NCBI RefSeq assembly: GCF_006345805.1
Contig: NC_043011.1
Coordinates: 61,826,464-61,890,463, forward strand
From: Octopus sinensis
Taxonomy: Eukaryota
Direction of reading: 5' to 3'
Length of the DNA: 64,000 nucleotides
A model generated the notes under the pieces. That model was not told the DNA's origin, ran no database searches, and was given only the letters and a program-made list of their open reading frames with translations. This document shows, piece by piece, positions 27,364-41,362 of this stretch (the stretch's first letter is position 1; each line of letters begins with the position of its first letter). The translations under genes were made by a program, and so were the position numbers.

Positions 27364-27426
27364 CATATGAAAGTATGTGTGTTTACATATAAATACATAT
27401 TTAAAATATGTACACAGTATATATCT

Positions 27427-27457
<31 letters not shown>

Positions 27458-29368
27458 TAATATACATATAATATATATATATAATACATACAGAAAAAGG
27501 GAGAGTGAGAGGAGAGAGTGTGGGAACGAGAGAGAGAAAGAGAGTGTGAGTGGTAGGAACCCACCAAGTGCTAAATCCATATACTGATAAAGAGTTATAA
27601 ATCGTCTGCATAAAACATTTTCTATTACCATCAAATATATCGTATTCCAAAAATGTTCTGCCGATAAATTATCGTCTGTTTTACGATAAATTTATCGTCT
27701 GCTCCACGAGCCCTTTCAAGTATTCTTTCTCGGCCTCCATATTGAGTCGAGGAAACCATACATTTACAATAAAATATCACCACCTCCCTTTTATTACCAC
27801 ATAAATATGTCATTTGATGAAATGCCATTCGCTTTCCTTACTTTTTAATTACTTATTTCTTTGTTCCGGTGTGTTTTTATTTGGTTGCCTTATAATTTCG
27901 TTTCTTCGTTTTAAAAAAGAATAGATGAAACAGGATCTTTGCTAAAGTAATTTTAAAGTGTTTTATTATCTAGATATATGGAAGAAGTCATTTGCTTACT
28001 TTTACAGCGGTACTTGATCGATTATTCTCGAAGGTAATTGTTATAAACGGATCGTTTGGAACAAATTGCAAGGATATGCCTTTAAATATAATAAATACAC
28101 AATGATTGAGTAAAAAATTGGGTGATTGCTAATTTAAACATATGCCGTCTTGGAACTGATATTACAGTCACTTCTTTTAGTAATTTTGAGAAAATATGAT
28201 ATACATTAGCTCCAACAACAGCAGGAAAACCAAAGGAAACCCGTAGCTTACATTTAGATGTGTTATGAGCGCAAAGACTCATAAGGCGAGAATTTAACCT
28301 AGTTTTCGTGGCGTATATGTCTCTGAAATTACAACATTCTACTTTAATGGGACGCCGGTTCGATATTACTGGAACTCATTTCTGGAACTCCATAAGCTAC
28401 AGCAGTGATGGTTCCAGGTGATTTGATCAACGGAACAACTTGCTCGTGGCTGAGCACTCCACAGACACGCATACCTTTAACGTAGTTCTTGGGGAAGATT
28501 CAGTGTGGCACAGAATGTGGAAAAGCTGGCCCCTTTGAAATACAGGTACAATTCATTTATGCCAGCTGACTGGACTGGAGGCACGTAAAGCAAAATGTCT
28601 TGCTTAAGGATGCAACGTGCCGCCAGGAATCGAACTCACGACCGTGAGCCAAAATACACCAACCACTAAGCCGCGCGACTACACTCAATGTCAGACTGGC
28701 CCTTTAAAATGCAGGCACTTTTCGTTCGCAGCCGTGTGAAACGGGGCAATGCTAACTGGAATGTCTCGCTCACAAACCCAATGCACCGACCGGTCCGGGA
28801 AACGAAACTAGGATTTTACCATCGTGAGTGCAACACACTAACCATTGAGCCACGCGCTTTCAGTGCATGGCTGATAGACGTATTAAAAATAGGGAGGACA
28901 TACGCTTCAAAGTCTCGCTAGTCGTTACTAAAAAGAAGGACACATTGGGCAGTGCAATCCTTGAATGTCACGGCTGGAACGTCTTTCATCAAATGTTTAT
29001 TAAAACAAGGCTGACATGAATATGAAGAGCAACAATGGCAAATTCATGTTCGGGGAAATCGTACGGCACTGGGAAAGAATTACACAGTTGGAGTGTAATA
29101 TATACATTCATGTGTGTATGTGCGTATGTGCGTATGTGCATATGTGTGTGTGTCTATCTCTCTTTCTTTCTCTCTCTCCTCTCTCTTTCTTCTTCTCTCT
29201 CTCTTCTTCTCTCTCTCTCTCTCTCTCTCTCTACTATATAAATATATATATATATCTATATATATATATAGATCTCCCTTTAGTAGAAGAATAGCTATAA
29301 CCCTTGACTGCTATTTCTAAATTCGGTATGTGGTTAGGCAATTCGTTGCTAAAACCCTTTATTGCTTA

Positions 29369-29453
<85 letters not shown>

Positions 29454-29617
29454 TTATTTATGACGGACGAATAAGATAGGAGTGCTCAATGTATGATGTA
29501 AAGGATGTGTTTTTCCTTTTTATTGAAGTGGAAAGCAAAGTTTTTCTCGTGACTCGAGTTTCGTTTTGAGATTAGCCGACGGACAAACAGACAAACAAGC
29601 ATTCTAATAGATAGATT

Positions 29618-29654
<37 letters not shown>

Positions 29655-29738
29655 TAGATAGATAGATAGATAGATAGATAGATGGATGGATGGATGGATG
29701 GAGGGAGTGGATGGATGGATGGATGGATGGATGAAGAG

Positions 29739-29782
<44 letters not shown>

Positions 29783-30243
29783 GAGATGGATGGATGGAGG
29801 ATGGATGATGGATGGAGGATGGATGGATGGATAGATAGACAGACAAACAAACAGACAGATCTACCTCTGTGTATTAATCTATCTATATATGTATGTGTAT
29901 AGGTATGTAAAAAACGGCTGTTTCCGTTGAGTTTCATTCCGTCCATAATTAGTCATAGAAAGACAATGTTTAACACCAGTTACCATAGCAACTGTGCTGA
30001 TTCCAAAACAGATGTAGATTGAATGGATCTAATCTATAATTGGTATGTCCACAATTCTTCAAATGGCATCTAAGGTTAATGGTTTTGTAGACACAGAGCT
30101 TCCTCAGTACCACTGCCGCCACCACCAACACCACTACCAACACCACCACAACCACCACTACCATCACCATCATCATTCACACTTTCAACACTCACATTGC
30201 TGCATGTTTTTTTTTATTATAAACTTCATCATAAACATCATCA

Positions 30244-30298
<55 letters not shown>

Positions 30299-30595
30299 TT
30301 CATCATCATCACCATTTCTCAGCTGTAGTCATTTTCATCATTATTATAACCATTCTCATCATCGTCGCGCTTCTTGTCGTAACGAGGTTCATTGTTGCAC
30401 CAACAATGTCAGTGACAGGGTCGCAGTTTGGCGCCAATTTTCCCAATCGGTTTCACACCGGATATTAGATAACCGGTCAATTAACTAACACAACAAGCAC
30501 TTCAAATATGGGAGGTATGAAAAAATATGGCGCGCGAGATAGAGAGAGAGACATCGGAGGGGATAGAGAGGGAGATACTTATACATGCGTATATA

Positions 30596-30820
30596 CAGTA
30601 ATCCCCCGCCATATCACGGTTCACTTATCGCGGTTTATTATTTACGCTTACGTCAATTCCTCCGTGGTGTTGTTTTGCATTTATAATAAAATAAATATAT
30701 ACAAATTATAAAAATAATTTTTAAATATACAGCGCAACACTGCTTCTACTCCGCGGATTTTCACTTATCGTGGGGAGGAGGGGATAGAACGTAATACCCG
30801 CGATACCTGAGGGGTTACTG
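30596..30820. mobile_element. pogo/Tigger-like MITE (225 bp)
   Basis: TA-CAGTAATCCCCC...GGGGTTACTG-TA: terminal inverted repeats with TA target duplication. Confidence 0.75.
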
Positions 30821-30829
30821 TATATTCAT

Positions 30830-30985
30830 GGATCAAAGTAGTTTCATTCAAATTCCTTGGTACTCTGAGTTTCAAGCGTGACGCTAATCTTAGGCCATTT
30901 AATTCAAACTCAATGGACGAAGATTAGCGTCACACTTGAAACTCAGAGTACCAAGGTGTTTGAATCAAACTGTTTTGATACACAC
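30830..30985. repeat. Short hairpin element (arms about 60 bp)
   Basis: CCTTGGTACTCTGAGTTTCAAGCGTGACGCTAATCTT pairs with AAGATTAGCGTCACACTTGAAACTCAGAGTACCAAGG. Confidence 0.85.
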
Positions 30986-31399
30986 ATGTAACTTCCAATA
31001 AATGTGTTGAGTGCCCTTCTTTCGTTTGTCTACTCACTCCTATATATATATATCAAATAAGTAACAGGATTTCAAGTAGTAATGCAGGCGACCGTTTCAA
31101 GCGACTCCATTTAATTGAACAATGCTATCGTTACATCAGTTTAAATTCAGCACTATCTTCAGCTGCACAAATATGGAACTTCAACAGACAAGATACATTA
31201 TTATAATTTTTCTTAAATATTTCAACAGAGCAAGAGGATGGAAGAAATTCATGTTGTCGCTATTGTAGGAAGGATAGCTAAGAGAAGAGACTACAATTTT
31301 TTAGAGTGGCATGGAATACAGTAGGGTCATAGGGTTGTAATTCATTTCCAACTTACGTATCTCTTTATCATCAACTAAAATCTGAGACTAGAAGACTGC

Positions 31400-31800
31400 G
31401 TATAAAATGCTTAAATAGTATTGACTATTAATTCTGCCACGAAGGGATTTCCAAGATATACCCCGACACCATATCATCACAGATCCTCCTCCATGTTTAA
31501 CAGTTGGAAGAAGGCAGTCTGGGCCAAATGCTTCTTTGGCTGTCTCCACACGTATACTCTTTTTGTGGAAACTGGGTTCTCGAGCTTGTCATTAAGATCC
31601 TTTCTAACACTTCGCGTAAGAGTCCGGAGTTTTGTTTCGACGAGGAGGTTTTTCCCTCTTTATCAAAGGCTGTCATTACTTTCGAGACAGTACTTCTTGA
31701 TACACCAAACATTTCGGCTGTTTTCGTAACGCTAGCGCCTGCCATATGGGAACCAACAATTTGACCTCTTTGAAAGTCCGATGGATCAGTCATTTTAATG
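31400..31800 (-). pseudogene. Internally deleted Tc1 (DD34E-type) transposase relic
   Basis: N-terminal HTH MTDPSDFQRGQIVG...VSRSTVSKV, then RVYVWRQPK-(frameshift)-EAFGPDCLLPTVKHGGGSVMIW. Confidence 0.8.
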
Positions 31801-33578
31801 AATTTTAATTACCTTTTTCTAATAATATCTGAAAAGAAACAGCAATTTTAGCAAAATATATTAAGCAACACTCCCACTACTTCCCACTCGTTTATTTCCT
31901 CTGCACATTTCCCTTTGTCTCTGATTTTTTTTCTAATCCTCCAATCCCGTTATCCCCTACCAATCTCTGCTCCTCCCTCGTAACCGGTGTCCGACCAGCC
32001 GTGATCTTTTTTTAAGCTTTCACTCCATACACGCCAGTTCAATTTGAATCGTTCTCAGTCGAAAGACGCCTGTTGTTATTTCTTGTTGTAATCGTAATTG
32101 TGTACCATGTTCTCTTTTCCTTTTGTTTGTTTGTTTTTTCGTCTTTGTTGCCGTACACATTCGCTAGCTTTCTTACAAAGGAGTCTAATGCTCTTAGCTT
32201 AGACTTTTGGGGACAATCAGATCGAGCCATCTCAAGTGTAACTGTCCGAAATGATCGTGACTTCTGGTACTTCACTGATGAAAGAAAGCCAAGAATGACC
32301 CGTCTTTTTTTTTTTGCCTGTCCTTCTAATTGTTGTTTCTCTTGTCCACCTTTGTGTCGTCTATCTGTCCGAACGATATAATGCCCTCTATTGCGTTTTT
32401 CTTCCATTCATATATATATGTATATATATCACTATGAAGTGTGGTACACAGACAGAGGGAGACACGGAGAGGAAAAGCAGATAAGAGTGGAAACGTGAGT
32501 TCTGTGGATGGAGATGTTACGGCATAATCTAGTTGTTCCGTTATGCTGTAACTGATACAGTTGGGTAGGTTACTCTGAGCGTTATAAATCCGGGATATCT
32601 GTCATTGTCTTGCTGAGAGCAACGGTCCATATAATATGTTGGCAATCACCAAGAACGTGCCAACAGCCTTGTTCCTGTTAGTCATTATCTTGTTTTAGCC
32701 ATAACAGCTAATGCAATGATGGAGCACCCTCGTTCATATGAACGATATAGAAATACACACATACTCACACGCGCACACGCGCACACGCGCACACGCGCAC
32801 ACGCGCACACGTGTACAAGTATGGATACATGTAATTATATACATATATGTATGTGCGTGTGTGTGTGCACGCGTGTGCTTGCATGTGCATGTATACATAT
32901 GTGTGTGTCTGGGTGTGTGTGTATATATGTATGTGTCTGCGTGTATATACATACGTATATATATATATATACATATATATTTATTTATATATATATGTAC
33001 ATATATACTTGGATACACACACACGCACACACACACACAAACACACACACACACACACAACACACACATATTATATATATATTATATATATATATATTAT
33101 ATATATCTATATATATATATGTATACACGGCACCTGTGTAAGAACTTACACAAAGTAGGTTGATGATGCTATGTTATGTAGAGTGTGTGTGTACATATAT
33201 ATATATTTGGTATGTATTCGTATGTGTGAATGTTTGTATGCAGAAAAAGAGAGAGAGAGAGAGGGAGAGAAAGACGTACATAGATACATAAGCACGTAAT
33301 TAAATTCCTTTACCGAGTTACTTTGTAAGCTTCTCGTTAATTATAAAACCTTGGCTAATAAACATATACAGCTGAATGGTGTCTGTCTGTTCGTCCGATT
33401 CTTAGGCTGTCTGCCTGGCTATCACTATGGTGATCTGTATCACATACATTTATACGTTCGTACAAATACGTATATACACACGCACGCACGCACACATATA
33501 TACATATGTATCCACATGCAGACGCATGAATGCACACTTGTAGGCGCGTATATATGTGTGTGTGTGGTGTATACATAC

Positions 33579-33639
<61 letters not shown>

Positions 33640-33704
33640 CATATATATATATATTATATATATATAGTTCTATATTTAAGAGATGAGGAATTATGTTCAT
33701 TATT

Positions 33705-33852
33705 TACAGTATTTACATTCGACGGATATTTGTCCTCATCTTGTTTGTTGTTAACACAATGTTTCGGCTGATATACCCTCCAGCCTTCATCAGGTGTCTT
33801 GGGGAAATTTCGAACCTGGGTTCTCACTCCTAAGGTATTTTTCGATATTGTC

Positions 33853-33890
<38 letters not shown>

Positions 33891-34050
33891 CTAAGTCACT
33901 GCCTGGAACCGAACTCAGATTCTTGAGGTTAGTAGCCCGCGCTCTTAACCATTACACAATATGCCCGTGGAAGGTGTATCAGCCGAAACGTTGTGTTAAC
34001 ATTAAACAAGATGAGGACAAATATCTGTCAAATGTAAATAATGTAAATAA
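33705..34050. mobile_element. HHR family 1 repeat as an inverted pair: minus copy (HHR 33753-33798) and plus 3'-half copy (about 33970-34050)
   Basis: The minus copy has GAAAC AUU (helix III mismatch). The plus copy has CAGCC GAAAC GUU GUGUU but no CUGAUGA. Confidence 0.7.
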
Positions 34051-34052
34051 TA

Positions 34053-34097
<45 letters not shown>

Positions 34098-34539
34098 ATA
34101 TAAGGATAAAATCTATATAAAAATTTATCAAGTAGTTAGCGTGAAAAACGAGATAAGGGAAAAAATTATCCAAAATGTATAATCAGTTTATTCCCTTTTA
34201 AATACATTGATTATATTAAGCGCATTACTACACGTAAATGCCTCTTTCCATAAGGGACTCTTGCAGTCGAAACTACCTTAGTAAATATACAGTATACCGA
34301 CAGCTAGGGAATGCATCTTGGAAGTCGTCTCTTGAAAACCGTATCAGCCGCAGATCATATGGTTTCATAGTTAGTGTGCATAATCCATTTTCTCATCGTC
34401 AGTGCAGGCGTAATCAGATTATGGCTGCACTGACGAGACAGGAGTTATGTAACCATTATAGATTTCCGATATAACAGGTGTATAATTGTTAATGAGGACA
34501 ACAACCGCTAAGGCAAACAAGAAACGTTAAGGCAAGATA

Positions 34540-34850
34540 CGTTCGCGTTTATCTCTGGATATTTACACTCTTAAGGCTAAAACCAAACATGGATTTACTC
34601 AGGATTGCACCTAAGGACTTATGGACTAACATCTACACAATCGGAAAGTTGGACTGTGAACTTCTATGCTTATTGTTTCTTCTTTTTCTTTATTTCTTTA
34701 TTCCTTTTCCCCTGTCCTCTATGTCATCATTCCTTAATTTATACCCTTCACATTTTCCCTATTTGTTTCTGATGACAGAATATCCCATACTCTGGGATAT
34801 CCCAGAAACAACTGTAAGACTTTATATTTTTCCAATAATAATAACTTGAG
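34540..34850 (+). mobile_element. PLE 3' relic: GIY-YIG-like C-terminal tail followed by a hammerhead
   Basis: IYTLKAKTKHGFTQD resembles the WI.TL....P.GLN tail. A related fragment lies at about 38740-38840. Confidence 0.5.
34765..34820 (+). ncRNA. Degenerate type I hammerhead
   Basis: GUUU CUGAUGA caga AUAUCCCA uacuc UGGGAUAU ccca GAAAC AACU GUA AGAC. Confidence 0.55.
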
Positions 34851-34914
34851 ACTTGAGACGTTTGTCTTGCCTTAGCGTTTGTACCCTTTTTAACACACAC
34901 ACACACAACACACC

Positions 34915-34974
<60 letters not shown>

Positions 34975-35002
34975 GATATATATTATTATATATGTAGGTA
35001 TG

Positions 35003-35041
<39 letters not shown>

Positions 35042-35869
35042 ATATATATTATTATGTATATATATAAATATATATATATATATAATATATATATACATAT
35101 AATATATATAGTATATATATATATATTTATATATATATATGTGTGTGGTGGTGTATGTATATAAGTAATAATTTGAAAAATCCGTTTATTGTATTCAGCT
35201 ACCTGATGTCATCAACAGTATGGATATAAATGTCACGGTGTTTACTTCAGGAATTCCTCCGTGTCCTTTGAGAATTTAACAAATGAATGGAAGAGAAAAT
35301 AGAATTCACAAGTTTTTTATTAATCACAACGACCGTTTCGACCCAGCGAGACGCTTCATACTTTAGTTTGTCTTATCATTTTATGACTTTATTTAGTAAT
35401 ATATATTTGTCAACGCAAATATAGTACCTGCTCATTGAATACTTATCTAATTCAGTCACAATGCATCAAGGACTACATTATCGAAGGGTACAGCTTGGGC
35501 GAGATTTGATTAGTATTTCTAGCTTACCGAACTAACACGTAAAGTCTCATTCGCCCGGCACGTGGAACGTGTATATGTTTGAGTATGCGAGCGTGTACTT
35601 TTGTGAGAGATTTGCATCAATGTAAACATTAGCATGTTTATATAAGAGACACATAAAGGATTCTAGAGCTAGTTAATATAGAGGGCATAGGGTTACGAAA
35701 CAGAGATACTTAGGCACGCAACACTGAACAAGAAAAACTTTGACATCAATGAAACCCCTGTTTTATACGCATGCACAGAAACACACACACACACTAGACA
35801 TACACAAATGCATACATATATATATATACATATATATGTGTGTCTGTGTATGTATGTATATATATATAC

Positions 35870-35921
<52 letters not shown>

Positions 35922-36337
35922 TATATAATGTATATATATATATATAATATATATATATATATAATATCTATTTATATATATTTATATATATGTATGTGTT
36001 ATGTGGTGTGTGTGTGTGTGTGTGTCTACATATTCGTACACACACAATTTCATTCATTCATTTGTAGATGAATAGATACATAGAAAGTACGCATGAGAGC
36101 AAAGATAAATATTTATCCAGCATCCACACAAAAAAGGCATAGGTTTATGTATGTGTGTGTGTATGTGTGAATGCATACATGAATATATGTATCTATTTAT
36201 GTAAATATATATACGCGTACATGTATGGGTGCAAGTGTTTATATGTGCGTGGCAGTACGAATGCATTTATGCGTCTTTGTATACATGGGGATATATAAAT
36301 ATCTCTCTTTGCGATTATTTATTTATACGCAGAAACA

Positions 36338-36373
<36 letters not shown>

Positions 36374-36384
36374 CATATATATAC

Positions 36385-36442
<58 letters not shown>

Positions 36443-36675
36443 GATATATATACATACTTACATACATACATGCATGCATGCATACATAGATTCTTTCATG
36501 TATCTGTGTACAGAAATGCATGCGTATATACGTATACATGTGTGTTGTGTATGTTTACAATACGCGTGTGTTATACACCACACACTTATGTACGTAGACA
36601 GTCACCTTTATATAGTGTATAGATATGTGTGTGTGTATGTGTGCATACATATACGCATAAATACATATATACATA

Positions 36676-36718
<43 letters not shown>

Positions 36719-37089
36719 CATACATGAATAAATATTTATGCATAACACAATAATACATTAGAAACCTATGTTTAAAGTAGTTAAATTAGCTTTTAAAATG
36801 ACTTTTCAAAAATATCTTGAGAAGTAAATTGTAATAGCAAAACTTCAAAGTAAACAGTTACCAGCTACTATTAATGTTATATTATTTCAACTCAACAAAT
36901 AATATTGGGGTTTATTCCGTGCATGTTTATTATGTCAATTATACATTTGAAACAAGCATGTATTTACACACACACACACACATATAGTATGAGAGAAGGA
37001 AAGGCTATACGTGTCAATGGCATATGTGACCGATGGTTGTACAAGATGCTAGGTTAGTGAAGTGTATTATATATATAATAGTAAAACAT

Positions 37090-37690
37090 ATTTCCTTGTT
37101 CTAATTAATGTAATTCGCCCATCAGGTGCATGAGAAAAATATCCTTAACTAATATGGCAGTGTGGATGAGGGTGGTAAGCTGGCAGAATTATTAGCACAC
37201 CAGGGGAAATGCTTGGTGGTATTTCGTCTGCTGTTACGTTCTGAGTTCAAATTCCGCCGAGGTCGAGCTGGCCTTTCAATCTTTCGGGGTCGATTAAATA
37301 AGTACCAGTTATACACTGGGATCAATGTAATCAACTTAATTCCTTTGTTCTTGTTTGTCCCCTCTATGTTTAGCCCCCTGAGGGCAATAAAGAAATAAAT
37401 CAATGTAATTCACCCATCAGGTGCATGAGAAAAATATCTATATCTAATATGGCTACGTGGATGAGGGCGGTGAGCTGGTAGAATCATTAGCACACCTGGT
37501 GAAATGCTTTTGTCTCGTACTACGTTCTGAGTTCAAATTCCGCCAAAGTTGACTTTGCATTTCACCCTCTTGGGGTCGATAATTTATGCACCAGTTATGC
37601 ACTGGGGTTGATGTAATCGACTTAATCCCATTGTCTGTCCTTGTTTGTCCCCTCTATGTTTAGCCCCTTGTGGGCAATAAAGAAATAACA
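37090..37690 (+). repeat. Diverged tandem duplication of about 300 bp, each unit with flank plus SINE B
   Basis: AATGTAATTC(G/A)CCCATCAGGTGCATGAGAAAAATATC occurs at about 37107 and 37402, each followed by a SINE B copy. Confidence 0.85.
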
Positions 37691-40149
37691 AATGTTACAT
37701 AGTGCAAAGCATTACTATATTATATATTATATTATTATTATTATATGCTGCAAAAAACATGGACATTGATGGAAACTCTCACAAGCTATTGGGTTGGGGC
37801 ATAATTGTTGCGGCATTTTTTCAAGAAATTTTGTTCAACAGGGGCAGCAGCAGTATTTAACAAAAACATCTGTAAATGACAGTCTGACCATCTGCCAAGC
37901 AAATGGGAAGCAGTAATTGAAGTAGATGGTGAATATGCTCCAGAATAATCATTTAAAGATGTATTTGTTACATGTTCTTGTTGAGTGGAATTTGTTGAAA
38001 AAGGTCGCAATAATTATGCACCAACCCAATAGAAGCTTTTGAAATATGAACATAAAAGGTGGTGCTCCAGCATGACCACAGTTAAAATGACTGAAACAGG
38101 TAAAAGAATAAAAGAATAAAACATACACATATGTACATATGTACATATATACATATACGTATATACGCATATATACATATATACATATATATATATATGC
38201 ACATACATATACACATATATACATAGACATATACGTATATACATATATATATATATATATATGGATGTATATATGTATATATGTATGTATATATGTACGT
38301 AAGTATTTAAGTACGTATTTGTGTACGTAAGTACGTATGTATGTACGTCAGTACGTCTGTATATATGTATGTATGTATGTATGTATGAAACTAAGTATGC
38401 ATGTGTGTATGTATGTATGTGGTATGCATGTATTTATGTATGTGTGTGAATGTGTGTATGTATGTATGTGTATGTATGTATGAAACAACAAAGTCAAAAA
38501 AACACTGTCTGCGAAATCCATTTCTTTTCCTAGTTTCTACAAATGGCTCACATATAATCAACATTTACCGAAATCTTGTTTTCTTGATCTCCCTCCTCCG
38601 CTACCTCCACCACAACCACAACCACCACCACCACCTCTATTGCCTTCTTCATCCTGTGCATCCATTAACCTACCTTTGTCCTTTCTCATCCAAGAATCAT
38701 TACATCTGACACACGAGTAGCATCTTCAGCTTTTGACACACTATTAACGCTATAACTGTACGTGGACTTACACAGGATTGCGCCTAAGGACTTACCGACT
38801 AACATTTACACTATTGGAAAATTGAACTGTGAACTTTTATGTCTCTCATCCAAGATACATTACGACTGACACAATAGGAGTATCTTCAGACATTATCAAT
38901 CGTGTAAGGATCCAAAGAGAGGAGCCTCTATGTGATTACTCAGCTCGGTGCTAACATATTTAACGCAGTGAAACAAAATATATAATTAAATAATAATTTA
39001 ATACCTCCACCCTTAGTGAGGAGAAAAAAAGTCATCGACGTTCTTCCTCCAATGTTCTCGACTCTGAACTGTCTTTTTATGTTCCCTCCATCTCCACTAA
39101 TGGAAGGCCTTCCTCTCCCTATGGACATTAGTTTTGAATTGTCATCGATGCATTTATAACTTTACATTTTTCTCTAGGTAGAGGTATTCGCCTTGCGCAA
39201 ACCCATTTTTGGCTCTAGGGAGTTGTGGTCCATATTAGTCTAGCCTCTGGGCCCGTGGTTCCTAAAGTGGGTGGTATTGAACCCCTAGGGGCGGTGGAAA
39301 GTTCCAAGGTGGCGTTGAAGAAAAGTGGAGCGAAAATGAGGTAGCGATTCATGTAAAAAGCGGTGCGATAATGGGGAAGTGATTCAGGTAAAAATTGGAG
39401 TGATAATGGGGTAGCGATTCACGTAATAACAACGAAATAATGGGTTGATTAGGTTACGTTTTATTTGTGAAATACAGTTGCTTTGAATTTGCTTCAGAAA
39501 GAGGTCTATGTTTCTGAGGGTTAGTTGGAGTGGGGGTAGTAAGAATGTGGCCTGGGTGTCAAGGGGGTGGCAGCCTGAAAATGGCAGCTCTAGACTGACT
39601 TGTACAGTATAGGAATCCCTACAAGGAGGCTTGCACTTTTCTGGCATATCTCGCAGAGTCACTGGGGCAAACAAGCCACCACAACACAACAAGGACAAGA
39701 CCTTGTGCTAAATGTGTATATTATACGTAGGCATACTGTTGCTAAGAATTTTGCCTTCAAATTTTGACCCAAGACAAGCAATTTCAGAGAAAGGCCTAAG
39801 TCGATTACATCGATCCCTAAGCTTAAATGGTACTTATTTTATCGACCCCGAAAGGAAGAAAGGCAAAGTCGACTTCGGCGAAATTTGACCCGAGAACGTA
39901 AAGACGGATGAAATTCCGCTAAACATTTTTTCCGGCATGCTGACGAATTTGCCAGTTTCAGTCCCCATTTCTCAGTTGGACCAGGGTCTCCAGTTTGTTA
40001 ACGTAAACCCTCTCATTCACGTATCCCCACAAGAATAAATCAGTGTGAAAAGGACTGCATTTACATTGGAGAGGGTTATCCGTAGTATATGTGAAGTACC
40101 CATAAATATGATTTTTCAAAATTTACTTATTTTGGGGCTGGCAGGGATT

Positions 40150-40710
40150 GGATCTACATAGTTTTTTTTTCCTTTTGATATCATTCCAAGTGCCCCAATA
40201 ATAATAGGTAATGGTTTTGCTTTGAAATGCTGCATTCTTTTGATTTCAACTTCCAGATTGTTATAATTTGCTCAGCTTCTCAAGGGTCATGTTGTAATGT
40301 TTTTTTATCAGCTGGGGCTGCAAAATCAATCGAAGGACAAGTCTTTTCAAATTGATCTTTCACAATGAGACCTGGTCAATTTTATTTGTATTTCTTGATA
40401 AGTCTGAACGCTGAAATTCCAAAGCCTTCCGGGCAACTCGTGGTGGTTTGTATTTCCACCAATTATCTTTGAGAGGAAGGTTGTATGTCCGGCATATTGT
40501 CCAGTACATGTACGGAGCTGTCCAGCCATTTCTTTGCAAAGTGCTTTGTTGGTACCGTCGGTTGCATCCAGAGGTCATGTGATCGATTGTCTCTGGATGC
40601 TCTCTGCGGTCAGAAAGACTGCTTTCACGTCCCCGGGACATTACTCAGGCAATTCTTAGCTGGAAGGAATTGATCCTTCGTAGCAATGATATACTCCTCA
40701 GTTTCTGGTC
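40150..40710 (-). pseudogene. R4/Dong-type retrotransposon relic (zinc knuckle and RLE domain)
   Basis: ETIDHMTSGC...YWTICRTY...LWNFSVQT...IDFAAPADK...NLEVEIKRM...PLPIIIGALGMI across frameshifts. Confidence 0.75.
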
Positions 40711-40761
40711 GGAGACCAGACCAGGTTAACCACTCAAGAGAAAGCGTATAACCAACATCAT

Positions 40762-40808
<47 letters not shown>

Positions 40809-41012
40809 TTGGTTGTGACTGTGGTAATGGTAGTGACAGCGGCGGCGGGGCAGCACCCGCGGAGGCGGCACCGGTGTAGGCGGCACCGGCGGAGGCGGCA
40901 CCGGTGGTGGTGGTAGTGGTCGTAGTAGCAAAAGTATCTTTTCTTCTCTGTTTAATGAAATTACAATAGTTATGTTTGCATATATGTACGTATGTGTGAT
41001 GTGTGTATAAAA

Positions 41013-41050
<38 letters not shown>

Positions 41051-41331
41051 CATACACAACAGAACCTGGTTGTCTTCGATAACTTTGCCACGAGTTATCC
41101 GACGCCTCTCCCACACCGAGATAATTGCTCCCTCGTATTATTTGGACAGCTGACCCACCTTCTCTCGGAGAACTGATTAAATAACTCAAGCAAACATGTC
41201 TCTTTGATTTATGGTTGCTACTCTGCTACAATACAACACACACACAATCACACACACACACACGCGCATACACACACACACACACACACACGCACACACA
41301 AACTCATACACACCTGTGTGGTTGGCGTGCA

Positions 41332-41362
<31 letters not shown>

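Noticed and set aside
32039-32407. 122-aa ORF and the similarly coding-looking region at 59500-60165
   Set aside because: Possibly decayed retroelement sequence, but I could not assign any motif with confidence.
35325-35370. GAAACGGUC on the minus strand as a hammerhead
   Set aside because: Only a 3'-half-like string; the upstream core reads AGUAUGA.
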